A DNA stretch of 64,000 bases from Vermamoeba vermiformis. Lineage: Eukaryota. The notes beneath the pieces were generated by a model that had not been told where the DNA came from, ran no database searches, and saw nothing but the letters and a program-made list of their open reading frames with translations. The stretch spans positions 62,001-126,000 of the forward strand of contig JBEWZL010000202.1 in the NCBI GenBank assembly GCA_045837725.1, given 5' to 3'. This document shows, piece by piece, positions 1 to 12,351 of the stretch (positions within the stretch are counted from its first letter, which is position 1; every line of letters begins with the position of its first letter). A program made the position numbers and the translations under genes.

Positions 1-1097
1 TTAACTTGGTGTTGGGTCTTAACGAACACAAAGACCATCCACTGGCGCTTGATGGCCTGGCTAGTTGTTTGTATCTCCAAGGACACATCGATGAGGCTCT
101 GTCCTACTTTGAAAAGTTAAGCGGAGAACAATGTGCCAGGGCATTAGGTACCTGATCTAGCGTTCCATTATTGCGCGCTAATTGATTCTTTTGCAGCTGA
201 AGCACGCATGACAGAGCCAGCATTGTCCTTGCTCAAACTGCTGCACGAAAGATTTCCAGACCGCAAGGCACAACTGTTCAAAGCTGAAATGTTGGTGCAC
301 GCGATGAATAGAGACTATGCAAAGGAGTTTGAGGCTGATAAGAAGTCATTGGCAGCCTCTAATGACCCGTGTGACACTGCCAAGTTACAGCTCTTGAAGT
401 ACGGACTTTGATCGTGTTGACAATACCTACTCACCGTTCATTAGCAATGATGTCGATGGTGCATTGAAAACAGTGGAGACATCATCGATAGACCAACAAA
501 CACTGCACGGAGCTTTGACTGTTGCCAGAGTGATGCTCGCAGCTGTACGTACATCATACCAACGAGAGAGTGATCGTTTGCAGTGACATGTAGTGCGTGC
601 AGGGTCGAGTTCAAGAAGCGAAAGACTTGCTTGAGCGCTATGACAGTGACAGCAGCGATGAAGTCGTTGAGTTACTGACGAGGGTTTATCTTGCACTCGA
701 CTCAGACAATAGTTTGGCCCAAGCTGAGGCCTATTGTCTCGAACACCAGCACAGGTCTGCCGCAGCACTGGCCCTCAGCGAGATTTATCGCCGCAGAGGT
801 CAGTGAATGTGCTCCATTCAGCCACAATTGTGTCATTAACAGGGCCTGTCAGGTGATTACAAACAAGCAGTGGAGAGTTGGAACAAGGCCTGGACCATCG
901 ACAACGACTCCATTGAGTTTGTACAAGCCCCTTATGCCTGTCCCGAGCGGTACTTCGTGTATCAACAACGCGCCAAGATCTTGGAGTCCATGGGCGACAT
1001 TGACGCGGCAGTTGAAGAGTACAACAACGTGTTGGCCATCAATCCACTCGATCAGTGCTCGAAAGAACGATTGGTAGCAAAACGTCTGCATAATTGA
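1..1097 (+). CDS. TPR-repeat protein, 3' part (5' end outside window), multi-exon
   Basis: TPR-like helical repeats (ALDGLASCLYLQGHIDEALSYFEK; QRAKILESMGDIDAAVEEYNNVLAINP); several short introns; stop at 1095-1097. Confidence 0.7.
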
Positions 1098-1466
1098 ATT
1101 CAAACCGTCTTTCTGTTGGTTATTCTGATTTCCAACATTATTATTATCGGCATACTGCAACTTCTAAAAGGTGAACGACGATTTAAAAAATTATAATTTA
1201 AATAATTTAGATTTTCTACCCTTTAATTAGCAAATCTTACGCGTCTTTTCGAAAAACGAAGGAATATTAAAAGTCAAGAGAGGACTGTTCTCATTTTCCT
1301 GAGGGCTAGATTTCAAGGTGGTATTTGCACGGTTCCTCGTGTTCATATTTTGCGTATTTACTAATTAATGACGACATGAGACATCGTGTGTCATATCTTT
1401 GACCAAGTTTGACCTGTCCGGATAAAAAATCAGGATTAAATCGCGGTCTCATTCAATCATATCAAA

Positions 1467-1969
1467 ATGAGCACTGCACAACAACGAGACATCAATCATA
1501 ATAGTAATCGGCCTGCACAGTGCCCTCCATCAACGGGGCTGCGAGCTTTCTCGATCTTATTGGTGCTCGTTGAACTATGCAAGATTGCCTTATTCAGCTA
1601 CTTCTCCAAAAGATTTTACATTGATCATATAATTGCAATCAACTCATTAGCTGGAGTAATCAGCTGGATCAGTTCGAATAACACAAAAACATTTGGATCT
1701 ATTTTTGGCGCGTTAGGTGCGTCTTATCAACTATAATTATAATTTATTATGCTAATGGGTTTTTAGCATTCTTGTACAGCTTTGGCAACGAATTAGTACG
1801 CATACGGTCCAATTCGTTGAAACCTGTCGGGCAGTATTCAACTCCATTATTGGCCATTGTCCCTTTGTCTCTCATGGCACTGCTTCATATTATTCAAGTA
1901 ATTTTGTTAATACGAAGAGCTGTAGTGCAAAGAAGATACCCATCCAACGGCGATATTAAACGTGATTAG
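1467..1969 (+). CDS. Small multi-pass membrane protein, unknown function (2 exons)
   Basis: ORFs 1467-1736 and 1772-1969 joined by intron 1717-1766 (gtgcgt...gctaat...ttttag); several hydrophobic segments. Confidence 0.55.
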
Positions 1970-2080
1970 AAGTAGTGCGACGACGTGTCATTCATTAACA
2001 ATAAAATACGTATTTTAAGTACGCGCTCAACAGTATGCCAGTCTTGGTTCGAGAATTGTCAAAGTATTATTAATAACAAA

Positions 2081-5000
2081 TTACATTTCCGAAGAGGTAT
2101 TATTGTTGTTATAATCATCTTCAGTAGAATTGCGCAGCCCTTGCGCTTTGTTGTTCAAAAATTGGACCCAACTGTCGCGGTCTTCACGCGTGTCAGAGAC
2201 CAAGAAAAACGTGCGTTGTGCGTTCTTGACGTGGTAAATGCCAAAGCTGTAAGGCTTTTTAGTCTCGTCGTCTGCCGGTTGTGCCACACAGTCGTCAAGC
2301 GGAATAAAGCCCTTGGGTTCCTTGTTCTACAAATGTCAAGGTGTCAGGTCAAATTATTGACAGGTACGGGTGACACGTGTCATTAAAAACTTGCCTGCCA
2401 GTTATTGTTGTCCGCAAAGTACAGCATTTTATCACCGCGCACGACGCACCATCGCTTTCGCCAGCTACGCACAACAGCTCCTTGTTTGGTCAGCCAGCCT
2501 TCTTTTTCGGCCTTGGCCTTAGCGTCTCTGACAATTTCCTAATTTGGCTATGGTTAACACATGTTCAATCTCCGTTTGTGGCACGATACTTACAGCCTTT
2601 CTAGCCTTCATAATGTCACCCCAATTACGACCAGACACCGTGCGAACAGCGACAACTTTGCCTTGCTCTGTCGACGTGTCAATAACACTGTTCAAATGCA
2701 CGACACGTGGTACTTACGCTTCTTGTTCTCTTTTCGCAGTCCGGTGATCTCTTGTTGCAATTTGCTAGCGAGACCATTGGCTAATTCGAGCTGGGCTTTG
2801 AGGCGTGCAATCTCTTCTTGGTCAGCCGCACGTGCTTGTTGATACTCGCTGCGCTGTCTGTCAAACTCAGCGCGCATGTTCTCGATGGTGGACTGCAGCT
2901 CTTCGATTCTCTTGTTGGACTGTTCAATCTGCGTGCCTTGAATCTCATTCTTGTTGTTCGCGTCCTGCAGCTCGCGCTTGTTCTTCGAGAGCTCCTCTTC
3001 AAGTGCACCCTTCTCGTGCGCAATCTTTTGGTTCTCGCTCTCGAGCTCTTCGTTCTTTTTGAGTGCTTGGGCCTTGCTCTCATTGAGCTCGTTGATCTGT
3101 GCCGTCAATTCTTCTTCACGATCTTTCATCACTTTTTGCACGGCCTTGACCTCGTTCATGAGCTCTTCAATGCGGCTCAGAGCTTCATTTGATTTTTGTT
3201 CTTGTTGTGCGAGTTTGTGTTGCTTGTCCTCGACTTCGACTTCTTTCAACTTCAACTCCGATTTGAGCTGATTAATTTGAGTTTTCAACGTGCCGTTTTC
3301 ATCGCCCAAGCTGTCGAGTGTTTGTTGCAGCTCAGTAATTCTGCGCGTGATTTCAGTGGACACTTCGTTGATGTCTTGTTTCTCCGCTTGAACTTGTTTC
3401 AGTCGCATTTCCAAGTCTTCGTTCTTCTGCTTCAGTGCTTTCAGATTGAAGTCTGATATCTCGATTTGACCGTTCTAGAAAACCAAGGTAAGAACTAACG
3501 CTCGACTACCATATTTGGAAACGACTTACCAACATGTTGACCTGGTTCTCCAAGCTCGTCTTATTATAAGTTTGAATACCGAGCTCTTCTTCTAACTTGG
3601 TCACTTTAGCATTCAATTCTTTGATTTGTTCCGCTCGTTGTTCGAGAGTGCTGGTCAGTTGTTGATTGGTCGATGTCAACTCCTCCGCTAGAGTTAAATA
3701 ATTATCAGTGCTATTGATATGGTAAATATAACAAGTAGCCGACGTACCCTTAGTCTTAGAACTCTTAGCAACCTTCTCAGCATCGTCACAACGGTGTCGC
3801 AATTCGTCCAACTCACGTGTCAACTTGGTTCGTTCTTGCAAATAGTTTTCTTTGTCTTGCTTTTCTTTGCTGACAATTGTCTCCAATTCCTTCGAGAAGT
3901 ACGTGGCTGATTGTAACGCAATCTTAGAGTTCTTTGCCTAAAGTAGAAATAAAAATTTAGATCGGATCCAAGTAACTCGGTAAACAAATTTCATACGTCA
4001 AGTGCGGCCTGTTGTAATTCGTATTCGTATTTGCTCTTAATAGTCGCTAATTCGCTCTTTTGTCTTGAGGTCTCGTCGTTCAAGCTCTCAATTAGCCGTT
4101 CTTTATCGCTCAATTCTTTCTTCAATCCTGCAATCTCTTCTTCGTGCAGGGATTTCGACTCCGTTAACTAGATATACATGATTAATATTTGCCATATATG
4201 GTAATAGTTATTCTTAGACTTACACTGGCAATCTCATCGCGCAAGTCCTGCAATTGCAGTTCAATTTTCTCTTTGACACGATCGTCTTGAAGTTGCAGTT
4301 CAGCGGTGTTGATCAACGTGTCCACCATGTTGCCTTCACCTTTGCGCGGTGAAAAAGCGGAGTTAGCTCCGAGCACGAGTGTAGGTGATATGCCTAATGC
4401 GGCGAGAGCTTGATTTCTGAATGCCGCAATGTCGAACGGTCCCTCTTTTGACTTGAGCAGCGGAGATTTCATTCTCCAAATAATTCAAATATTTCTTCAG
4501 TTGCGCCAATTCGTCAGTCAATTTGCGAATAATTTCCAGTAATTCTTCGATGCTGCGTTGTTTGTTGACAAACGGTGAGTTCTTAATGCTCTTGGCTCGC
4601 TGACCGAATTTCAACGTAGAAATGGTCTCTTCAAGGTTGTACTATTCACTTGTATTAGTATACTCCTAATAACATCATTTTCGATTGAAATTTACCAAGT
4701 GTGACGAGGCTGTGATCATCAAGGTTGTCTTACAGTTACCACCGAGTGATTCCTATTAACAAGTGTTATTTAACCTGTCTAATGTCGTGCCCGGCAACTA
4801 CTCACGCGCAGAATAAATGTCAGCTTGCTGTCACGATAAGGCACGTGCGGCCGATTGGTCTGAGTGAGCGCATTGATCACATTGCCCAACGCACTCAACG
4901 ATTGATTGATTTTCTTAGCCTATTCAATATATAGTATAGTCGTATATAACAATTAATATGCATCGTTATCTTACCTCTTCTAATGTCTCGCCTTTGGATC

Positions 5001-6572
5001 CGGTCTTGGCAACTTTTTCACTTCCAGCCAAATCGACCAAATTCAATTTACCTGTCTTGGACGAACCGTCTTTAGACTTTTGATGCACGCTCATAATAAA
5101 TAAACTGTATAATACAATATTAGCAAATAATCTAACAGTGCTGAGGTAAATATACCTGTGTGATCTTGAACTTTTCTCGTTCATATTTGTCGACGAAACA
5201 ATTCTATAATAAAGTATTAGTATTATTACTCATAATAGTATACAGATCGTTAAAAGTACCTGAATTCTTCACCGTATTTGATCAGATCCAACGCTTCAGT
5301 TTCCGAGCCAATTTCCTATTGAATTGTTACATAACGATACTTTATATAATACTATTATTATAGTAGTGTACATACCTCTTCAGAAAGATCATCGACCCAC
5401 ACACCTTTCGCTGGCGTTTCACGTACTTTGAGATTGTCGTTCTTCGGGTTCAACAAATCACGCACAATTTCTTTGTAAATTTCTAAGAAACTGCATTTAA
5501 CGACAAACTCCGTCTCAGACTTGTCATTGCGAATAAATTCGAAGATGTGCCTGTCACACATGTCAAAAAAAACGTCAAAAAATTATTGTTTTTGTATACT
5601 TACGAGGCAGCACGAGGAATGATGCCTTGGAGATCTTTGTTTTGAATGTCTGAACCGAACATTGTCCACGTCTTGCCCGAGCCTAATTTATTTTATCAGA
5701 AAAATTAAATTAACTTTTCAATTGTCCGGCGGCTAAGTTGCCGTTGATTAAGATAAAAAATTGGCTTATAGTGTTGTAGATGCTTAAAATAGGTACCTGT
5801 TTGACCGTAAGCAAAAATAGTGCCGTTGTAACCTTGCAAAACATCGCTGAAAATTTGTAAATATTAGCCCAATTATTCTTGTATATTGAGTCGACTATAG
5901 TATACTTACTCTACTGTGGCTTTAGCAGCTAAATCATAAATCTAATACAATCGTCAATATTATCTTACAAACTTTTTGGACGGTTTTGGCGCTTACTTGA
6001 GGCTGCGGAGTATTCGGGTTGGAAAAAATCTTGTCAAAGGTGAAGGACTAGTATTTAAGTATAATTATACTGTCTGATAATCGAATTAATAGCATTTAAA
6101 TTTACCATGGTCTGTGGCGGTTGTTTTCCTGGGATCACGACTTGAACCGTGTCGTCGGATGGAAAAGCCACGTAAGGCATTAAAGATGTTCCTTGCGGTG
6201 AATATAACGTTGCTGATGACGAGAAAAATCCAACTAATTGAGCAGGAAGTGGTTTCTAAAACGAAATATTATATATTTTTTCTAAAATCGTTATTAAGGC
6301 CTATAAATATTTATTATTGTTCTGTACGGCGACCTACACGTGCAATAAGAATAAAATTATTATTTATCCTGATCTAATAAAGATATGGGGATAGACATAC
6401 CAGATTTACCTTCTGTTTGGTAAGCTCATTGATTTCATGTTCGTATTCTTTTTCTCTATTATTTAGAGGTCTAAATCTACAGATTACACGGACCTACAGA
6501 ATCAAATTCGTCAGATCAGCTTCTCAAAAATAACGGTAATAACATTGGACTTCTTACGTTTGTTGCTGCCAT
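2081..6572 (-). CDS. Kinesin-1 (heavy chain)-like motor with coiled-coil stalk and C-terminal PH domain
   Basis: [55 protein letters not shown] motor motifs; long coiled coil ~2720-4170; PH signature [18 protein letters not shown]...[18 protein letters not shown]. Confidence 0.9.
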
Positions 6573-6838
6573 GATATATTGATACAACTATTTACATATA
6601 CGACATCTATTATACTAAATCAAATAAAAAAAATTGTTTCGTTCTAGAAAACTGTCAGGCAGGAAAATTCACAAGAACACGATTTTCAATCCCATATTTA
6701 CATTAATAAGCGAACTATTACTGCCTAATTGTTCCAAAGCTATCATGTTAATCACTATCCGTAATGTTTGAAATACGTGGATCGCAGCCGAACGCGTTGA
6801 TTTATTATTCACAGCGAGTTCATTTATATGAGTTAATA

Positions 6839-8690
6839 TTACAAAGCACCAGTTGGTATTCTCAAACAAGTCAGATCAAAGTTATCAGTGGCGTGTTGCA
6901 GCACAAAATTGAGGACATTTCGTTTCTTTTCAATGCCCTTGTCGCTCCACTGAATGTCGTACAAACTGCACAAATTAAATATAACTGTCTCGTGCAGCGG
7001 CACTTTGTCTGGATTGGCACTTGAAAACACGACGTCTTCGAGCTGTTGGATCGCTTTTGACACGTTCAAACCGTACATTTGGCAGATAGCCCTAATTAAC
7101 ATTAATACCAATACTATAGCATTATAAACTATATGCTTACTTGTTACTAATTGCGAGCACGTTGTTTGGTTCAATTTGCAGCACTTTTTCGAAGTATTTT
7201 GAGGCCTCTTCGACCTTGTCTTTGCTGAGCGCCAAGAACCCTCTAATAAGCATGATTAGAAATATATCCTAATATGGTAATAGTGGCCGACGCACCTGTT
7301 CATATGTACAAGTGTTGACGAGTCTGTGTTTTGTGTCAACTGTTCTACTTGATTGAAAACTACCTCCGCGGCACGGACATTGCCCATCTGCAAGAAAATT
7401 CTTCCGAGGCCCGACAAGAGATTGACGTCTTTAGGACTCTTATTGAGCACCTTATTATACAACTTGATCGCAAGAACGAAATCTTTGTCGCGTAGAAAAT
7501 GATTCACGATCACCATGATAATTCTGTCTTCGCGTGCTGACCATACAGCTAGTGAATCATCGTCTAACAATCACTCAATTAGCATAACCTATGATATTAT
7601 ATGGCTGTTTTCGTACCTGAGTCTGATTGGGCTGCGTCAGATCTGTTTTGTAATTCTTTGATTTTTGTTTGAACCCACACGAGTAACGCATTTAAATTGT
7701 CCATATTTGGGTCTTTGCCTAAATAACACGGCAATTCTGCGTGCAAAATACGCAAAGAGAACGGCACTAGCGAGCCTACAAAAATACCAGATCCGTTAGT
7801 ATTGCATGACTCTCACATGCAGTACCCGGACACGTACCTCGCTTATTGCCATATATATCGGGATATGTTTCGTATCTATATTTGGCATCGTCAAAGTTGC
7901 CAATGTCGGTGAAATCATTAAACGCTACTTGATACATGCGCAGTTTGGTCATCGCAATCAAGCGACAGAGCCTGAAGTGTAACTTGAGATGTGGCTGTTT
8001 GGCTTGAGCTATGCACCGCTCAGCTAGTTGGATAACTGACTTCCATGCTCCTTTGCTCTGTACAGTGAGTTAGTATTAAGAACACGCGGGATCCGCTTAA
8101 ACCAAAAAAATGACACAAAAATGCCTAATAATTGCATATGACCGTTAAATGTTATTAAAATCTTAATTATTATTATAATATTACGAAAATATCGCGGAAG
8201 GTTGCTTACCATAAGAGTTTTTAATCCTTCTTCGTTTTGAGGAACGCCATCTACAGCGAAAATTGATTTTTGCTTATTAAAATTGTCTATCATCGTTGCA
8301 TCGCTTGAATTCACTTCTGTTGATTTGTCCATATTCTCTGCTGCGTCCATGCCTGACATAGCCAATCTAGAAAATGACAAATTTCGATTAAAATAAATAT
8401 TTAATTGTTTACTTGCGATAATAAATTACCTTGAATCTCCTAGGCCAGCTGTATCGCAATAAAAATATTATTAATTATTTTCAAAACAAAATTGAATATT
8501 CTAAAATTCAGATCTCCATTACTGACTTACATCGACTTAAAGGAGATGCTGTAATCGGTACTGCCGAAGGTCTAGGACTCGTTTGTGTACTTAACCTTCG
8601 CGGATCGGTAGGCACACCAAGCGGCGAGTTAGCTAGACCAACAGTTGTCAGATTCGCTCCAGTTTTTGGATTTCCTCGTGGTGATGACAT
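6839..8690 (-). CDS. TRAPPC12: TRAPP complex subunit 12 (TTC15), TPR protein
   Basis: RLIAMTKLRMYQ..GNFDDAKYRYETYPDIYG..GSLVPFSLRILHAELP; C-terminal TPRs and FNLCSLYD; start assumed at MSSPRG. Confidence 0.8.
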
Positions 8691-9180
8691 TAAGGGCTGT
8701 GTTATTGCGTTATTCAAATAATTTTTACATGCGCAAACTTATGCGAAACGAAAACATGCCCATTCATAACAACATAACCGACGCAGAAATTTCTACGGTG
8801 ATTGACAGGACCCCCAAGAACGAGCGTAACAACTCCGCTCCGGTTGTGCACGAAACCACAATCAAAAATCGATATTTAATCAGCGTAATAGACCATATTA
8901 GAAGTACATTCAGCGAAGTTGATGTACTACCCGAATTTTGTAATTGATTTTTTATTTTCCCTCGCCATAATGGAAATGATCTACCGAAATCGTTATGATC
9001 GCATCTCATCCGAGGTACCAACCATTACTCAGCAAAGTATCAAAAACTGGTTTTTGCTAGGTTAATTTTTTTAATATTATTCGTTTCTCGTCAACACACA
9101 GAGGCTAATTTTAGGGCTTTCGAGTTTTTCAGTGAAAGAAGATCGTTTATTTTATTCAATACACGCGTACATATTATCGC

Positions 9181-9729
9181 TTAGATAAGGGATTTCTTAC
9201 CGCCAATAAGACGGTATAATTGAAATGAAAATGAAACTCGCAGCATTTCAGTTTCCACGCAGTATGAAATCTTTATCACGTTGTCTCCGTGATAACTTGA
9301 TCCGTAGTAAGGGAGACCACTGTCATCTACAATGGTACAAGGGCAAGCAATTCTGTCGCCAAATACTACCCGGGAGAGATCGTGATCCACAGAGAATCGA
9401 AGCGTTGTTAATTGTAACTTGTTTGTGCGGGCATTGTACCGTCGGTATGTCGAGGTGATGTTGTCTTCATCAATGTGCCTGAGGAATAAATTGGCAAAGA
9501 TCATGCCCGGCATGTGGTATGTGAATGAGGTGCTTCGCCGAGATCGGAACCTGATGCGCTTCAGGATCTGCCAAATGATATGATTTTTCACTTGTTTAAC
9601 CATGCGAGTCATGTCCCTGGTGGTGCGCAGGTCTTCACGCAGTTCTCCGATGGTGTGCATGATGTGGATCTCCTTTTCGGTGAAAGTTCGACGGCGGCGT
9701 TGGGATCTTGGGCGAAGGTTGTAAGGCAT
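9181..9729 (-). CDS. Intronless basic hypothetical protein (~180 aa)
   Basis: Uninterrupted ORF from ATG 9729 (MPYNLRPRSQRRRR); no recognised domain. Confidence 0.5.
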   Translation of the reverse strand: MPYNLRPRSQRRRRTFTEKEIHIMHTIGELREDLRTTRDMTRMVKQVKNHIIWQILKRIRFRSRRSTSFTYHMPGMIFANLFLRHIDEDNITSTYRRYNARTNKLQLTTLRFSVDHDLSRVVFGDRIACPCTIVDDSGLPYYGSSYHGDNVIKISYCVETEMLRVSFSFQLYRLIGGKKSLI

Positions 9730-10086
9730 GTTTTTCTCGTTGCTATTTGATGCTAACAATGGCCCTACGAAGCTTATTTAAATATTTCGATGAATCACAG
9801 TATCACACTTTCTGGTCCTGCAGTATTTTATCACGTGCGGCCGTTAAAGTTGTAATGTTTTGCAAGGTAACAGAAAGACGGCCTGTAAGGAAGGAACTCA
9901 CGTCTATTAACAAATATTGTTTCATTGCGGATATTGACGGGCTTTAATTTATAGATTTCAAGATGGTTTGGTTTAAATTTCGAATTATTTCGCACACGAT
10001 ATTAAAAAGCTCGTGTCAGCTTGATTTAATGCAGAACTAACACAAACCTTTGTAACACTGACAAACTTGCAAATAATTATCTAGCT

Positions 10087-10751
10087 ATGAGTACTGTTGA
10101 CACCATTCCCGCCGCTGGCACTAGCTTGCATGGCTCGTCCACAATCCAAAAGACCGTATCAGCGCGCATACGAGAAGAAACGCTTCGAAACTACGATATT
10201 TACAGCGTAAGACACTTTACCATTTAATTCAAAGAATATAGCATTTCTGACGTTTGTTACTGCAACACGGATCTAATTTCTGCTTTGTACCAGAAAACAA
10301 ACAATCTTAGTGCGATGCGTATTGCCGACTTGCACAAAGAAATGAGCGTCGATCGCATGGCAGGACTGCTTACAAGCAGCTTTGGTCTATTCTGTTTCAC
10401 TCTGACCGTATTGTCTTCCCGCTGGTGGATGCTGTTGCTTTTTGCCTCATTAGTTTCGCTTGTGCAGCAAGGTGTAACGGTAAGCTATCTGAAAAGCAAT
10501 ATATTGAATTAATTTTCCGATTGTTCCTTAGAAATGGTCGCTGCCTTACCATTTGCTTCGAATCCTCGTAAGTCGTGCAGATCCTACATTCTTCAAGTCA
10601 TTGTTGTATTAAAATTCCGCTTATTTAGGGTTTTCGAACGCACCAAGAGATATATAGCGAGATTGAAGCGCTTAGAATTGCTCGCGGTGACTTCGAAACA
10701 AAAGATCCCGCCAAACTGGCAGAGAAAAACATTCAAATGGCCGAAGCGTAA
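10087..10751 (+). CDS. DUF2892/YgaP-like membrane protein of bacterial type, intron-containing
   Basis: Spliced translation RIADLHKEMSVDR...RWWMLLL...QQGVTKWSLPYHLLRILGFRTHQEIYSEIEALRIARGDF resembles the recalled bacterial pattern RLxELDREWDIER...GWCPP..RRLGxRTxxEIxxERxALKALRGDF; 3 introns. Confidence 0.6.
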
Positions 10752-11186
10752 TATTTTATTTTACCTCGTAATGGGTTATCTTTCGATTTTGTCATTTAAT
10801 TGCAACTCAATGCTTGTAAATAATTCTAATTTTCTCGTTCCGAGCCTTTTCTTCCTTCGTATTTTTTAATAAACTCAACAATTACAAATCTTTCTGCAGT
10901 AACACCAAAACAGAGTTATTTTTCTTGTTGTAACAGCTATTTGCAGGTGTTTATCCGAGCGGCAGATGTGGTCGTGAGTTCACAGACTATTTAACAGATT
11001 CGTACGTGCGTTTTCTTCATTAATCACTTTCGTTTCGTGTTGAAGACCAGTAAAAACTCATGCTTAGGCATATTATTACGCCTTTTAGGGCTAGCCTTAC
11101 AAAAAGGGCCTTGCAACGAAAGTTGGTAGGATTTGGTAAGGTCGGGAGTTGCAAATCCATTTCAGCGCGCATAAGTTAATCACGTG

Positions 11187-11338
11187 TGTAACAAAACCAA
11201 GAGTTTGGTTAAGGGGTAAAATACGTGTTTATTGTAGTAAAATAATAAAAGAACGAATAAAACAGCGTTCGAATCGGTTTTGTGCGCTGAGTCACGTGAT
11301 TTATTGCCTACGTGGCAATAAACACGAGTTTTGTTACA
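11187..11338 (-). repeat. 3' LTR (152 bp)
   Basis: Identical to 12371-12522; adjacent to the PPT. Confidence 0.95.
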
Positions 11339-11340
11339 TA

Positions 11341-11350
11341 TCTTCCCCCT
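11341..11350 (-). other. Polypurine tract (AGGGGGAAGA)
   Basis: Purine run 2 nt upstream of the 3' LTR on the minus strand. Confidence 0.85.
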
Positions 11351-11373
11351 AATGAGAAGATGAGTCTCCTGAC

Positions 11374-12321
11374 TCATAACATTGCAGGATCTGGCGGTTC
11401 GGGAGGCTCGATCGTCGCTAGAAGGCGATGTAGAGCAGTGTCAGCAACCAGGGTCGTGTGCTGATTACAGGAGAGCAGGGAGTAGCAGGAGCGATATAAT
11501 GACTCTTTATGCGGGGTTGCGGGCGGTGGATCTGTTCCGCTTTGGATCGGAGCACCATTTCGTAAGCTGTGAGGCGACCAGACGTTGAACACCTGTTTGG
11601 TTGTTGACAAAGAATGGCTCTGGGGAGCTGGAGGCCTATTTCGCGGAGTTGTGACGAGATCGTAGTCAGCAAGAAGTGGATTTGTCGAAGATCCAAATCC
11701 GTTTCTATCTCCATGTGCAGAGCAATCGAGGGCATATACCTGCGAAGGTATGATGGGACTTGAGGAGGTCGTGGCGGTGGCGGAATGGCTGGAACCCAAG
11801 GAAAATTGAAGTGAGGTGCGGATTTGTTTTGATCCAAGATCCGGGCTGTTGTCGATGGAAGGCAACGTCGAAGGCAACAAGCAACTCTCTTCCTCCTCTA
11901 CGAGAGAAGGGGATTCTCCTGAATCCGCGTTCTTGATGGTGACGTCATCAGATGCAGGAGTGAGTTCACTTTCGTGTTCCGCTGGATCTGAGGTCCAAGT
12001 TAAGTCCAATAAATAAGCCATGGATGGTAGAGCAAGGCTAGAGCGTTTGCCAAAAGAGAGACGATAAATTTCGTTGATCCAAATAACTTCGCAGTGGATC
12101 ATGAGAATGAGGTGCTTAAAATCCTCGTACTCAAGACTCTGCAAGTTGCTTAAATCAGCGGCCAAAAAGTTTACCTCGTTGAGAGCGTTGGAGTAAACTT
12201 TTCGCCTTTTTGGATTCGCATCTCGGGCCAAAAATAAGAGATCCGTTTCCAAGAGGGAGCGGCACTGTTGAAGGGCGTTGTGCAGAATATCTAAAAGGCG
12301 CAAGTCCAAACTGTAAGCCAT
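11374..12321 (-). CDS. 315-aa intronless ORF carried by the LTR element; helical N-terminus, Ser/Pro-rich remainder, ends EPPEPPDPAML
   Basis: ATG-to-stop ORF filling most of the internal region, sense to PBS/PPT; no CCHC knuckle, protease, RT or integrase motif seen. Confidence 0.75.
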   Translation of the reverse strand: MAYSLDLRLLDILHNALQQCRSLLETDLLFLARDANPKRRKVYSNALNEVNFLAADLSNLQSLEYEDFKHLILMIHCEVIWINEIYRLSFGKRSSLALPSMAYLLDLTWTSDPAEHESELTPASDDVTIKNADSGESPSLVEEEESCLLPSTLPSIDNSPDLGSKQIRTSLQFSLGSSHSATATTSSSPIIPSQVYALDCSAHGDRNGFGSSTNPLLADYDLVTTPRNRPPAPQSHSLSTTKQVFNVWSPHSLRNGAPIQSGTDPPPATPHKESLYRSCYSLLSCNQHTTLVADTALHRLLATIEPPEPPDPAML

Positions 12322-12351
12322 TTAGTTCGAAGAGCTGCTCGTTAGCATTCG

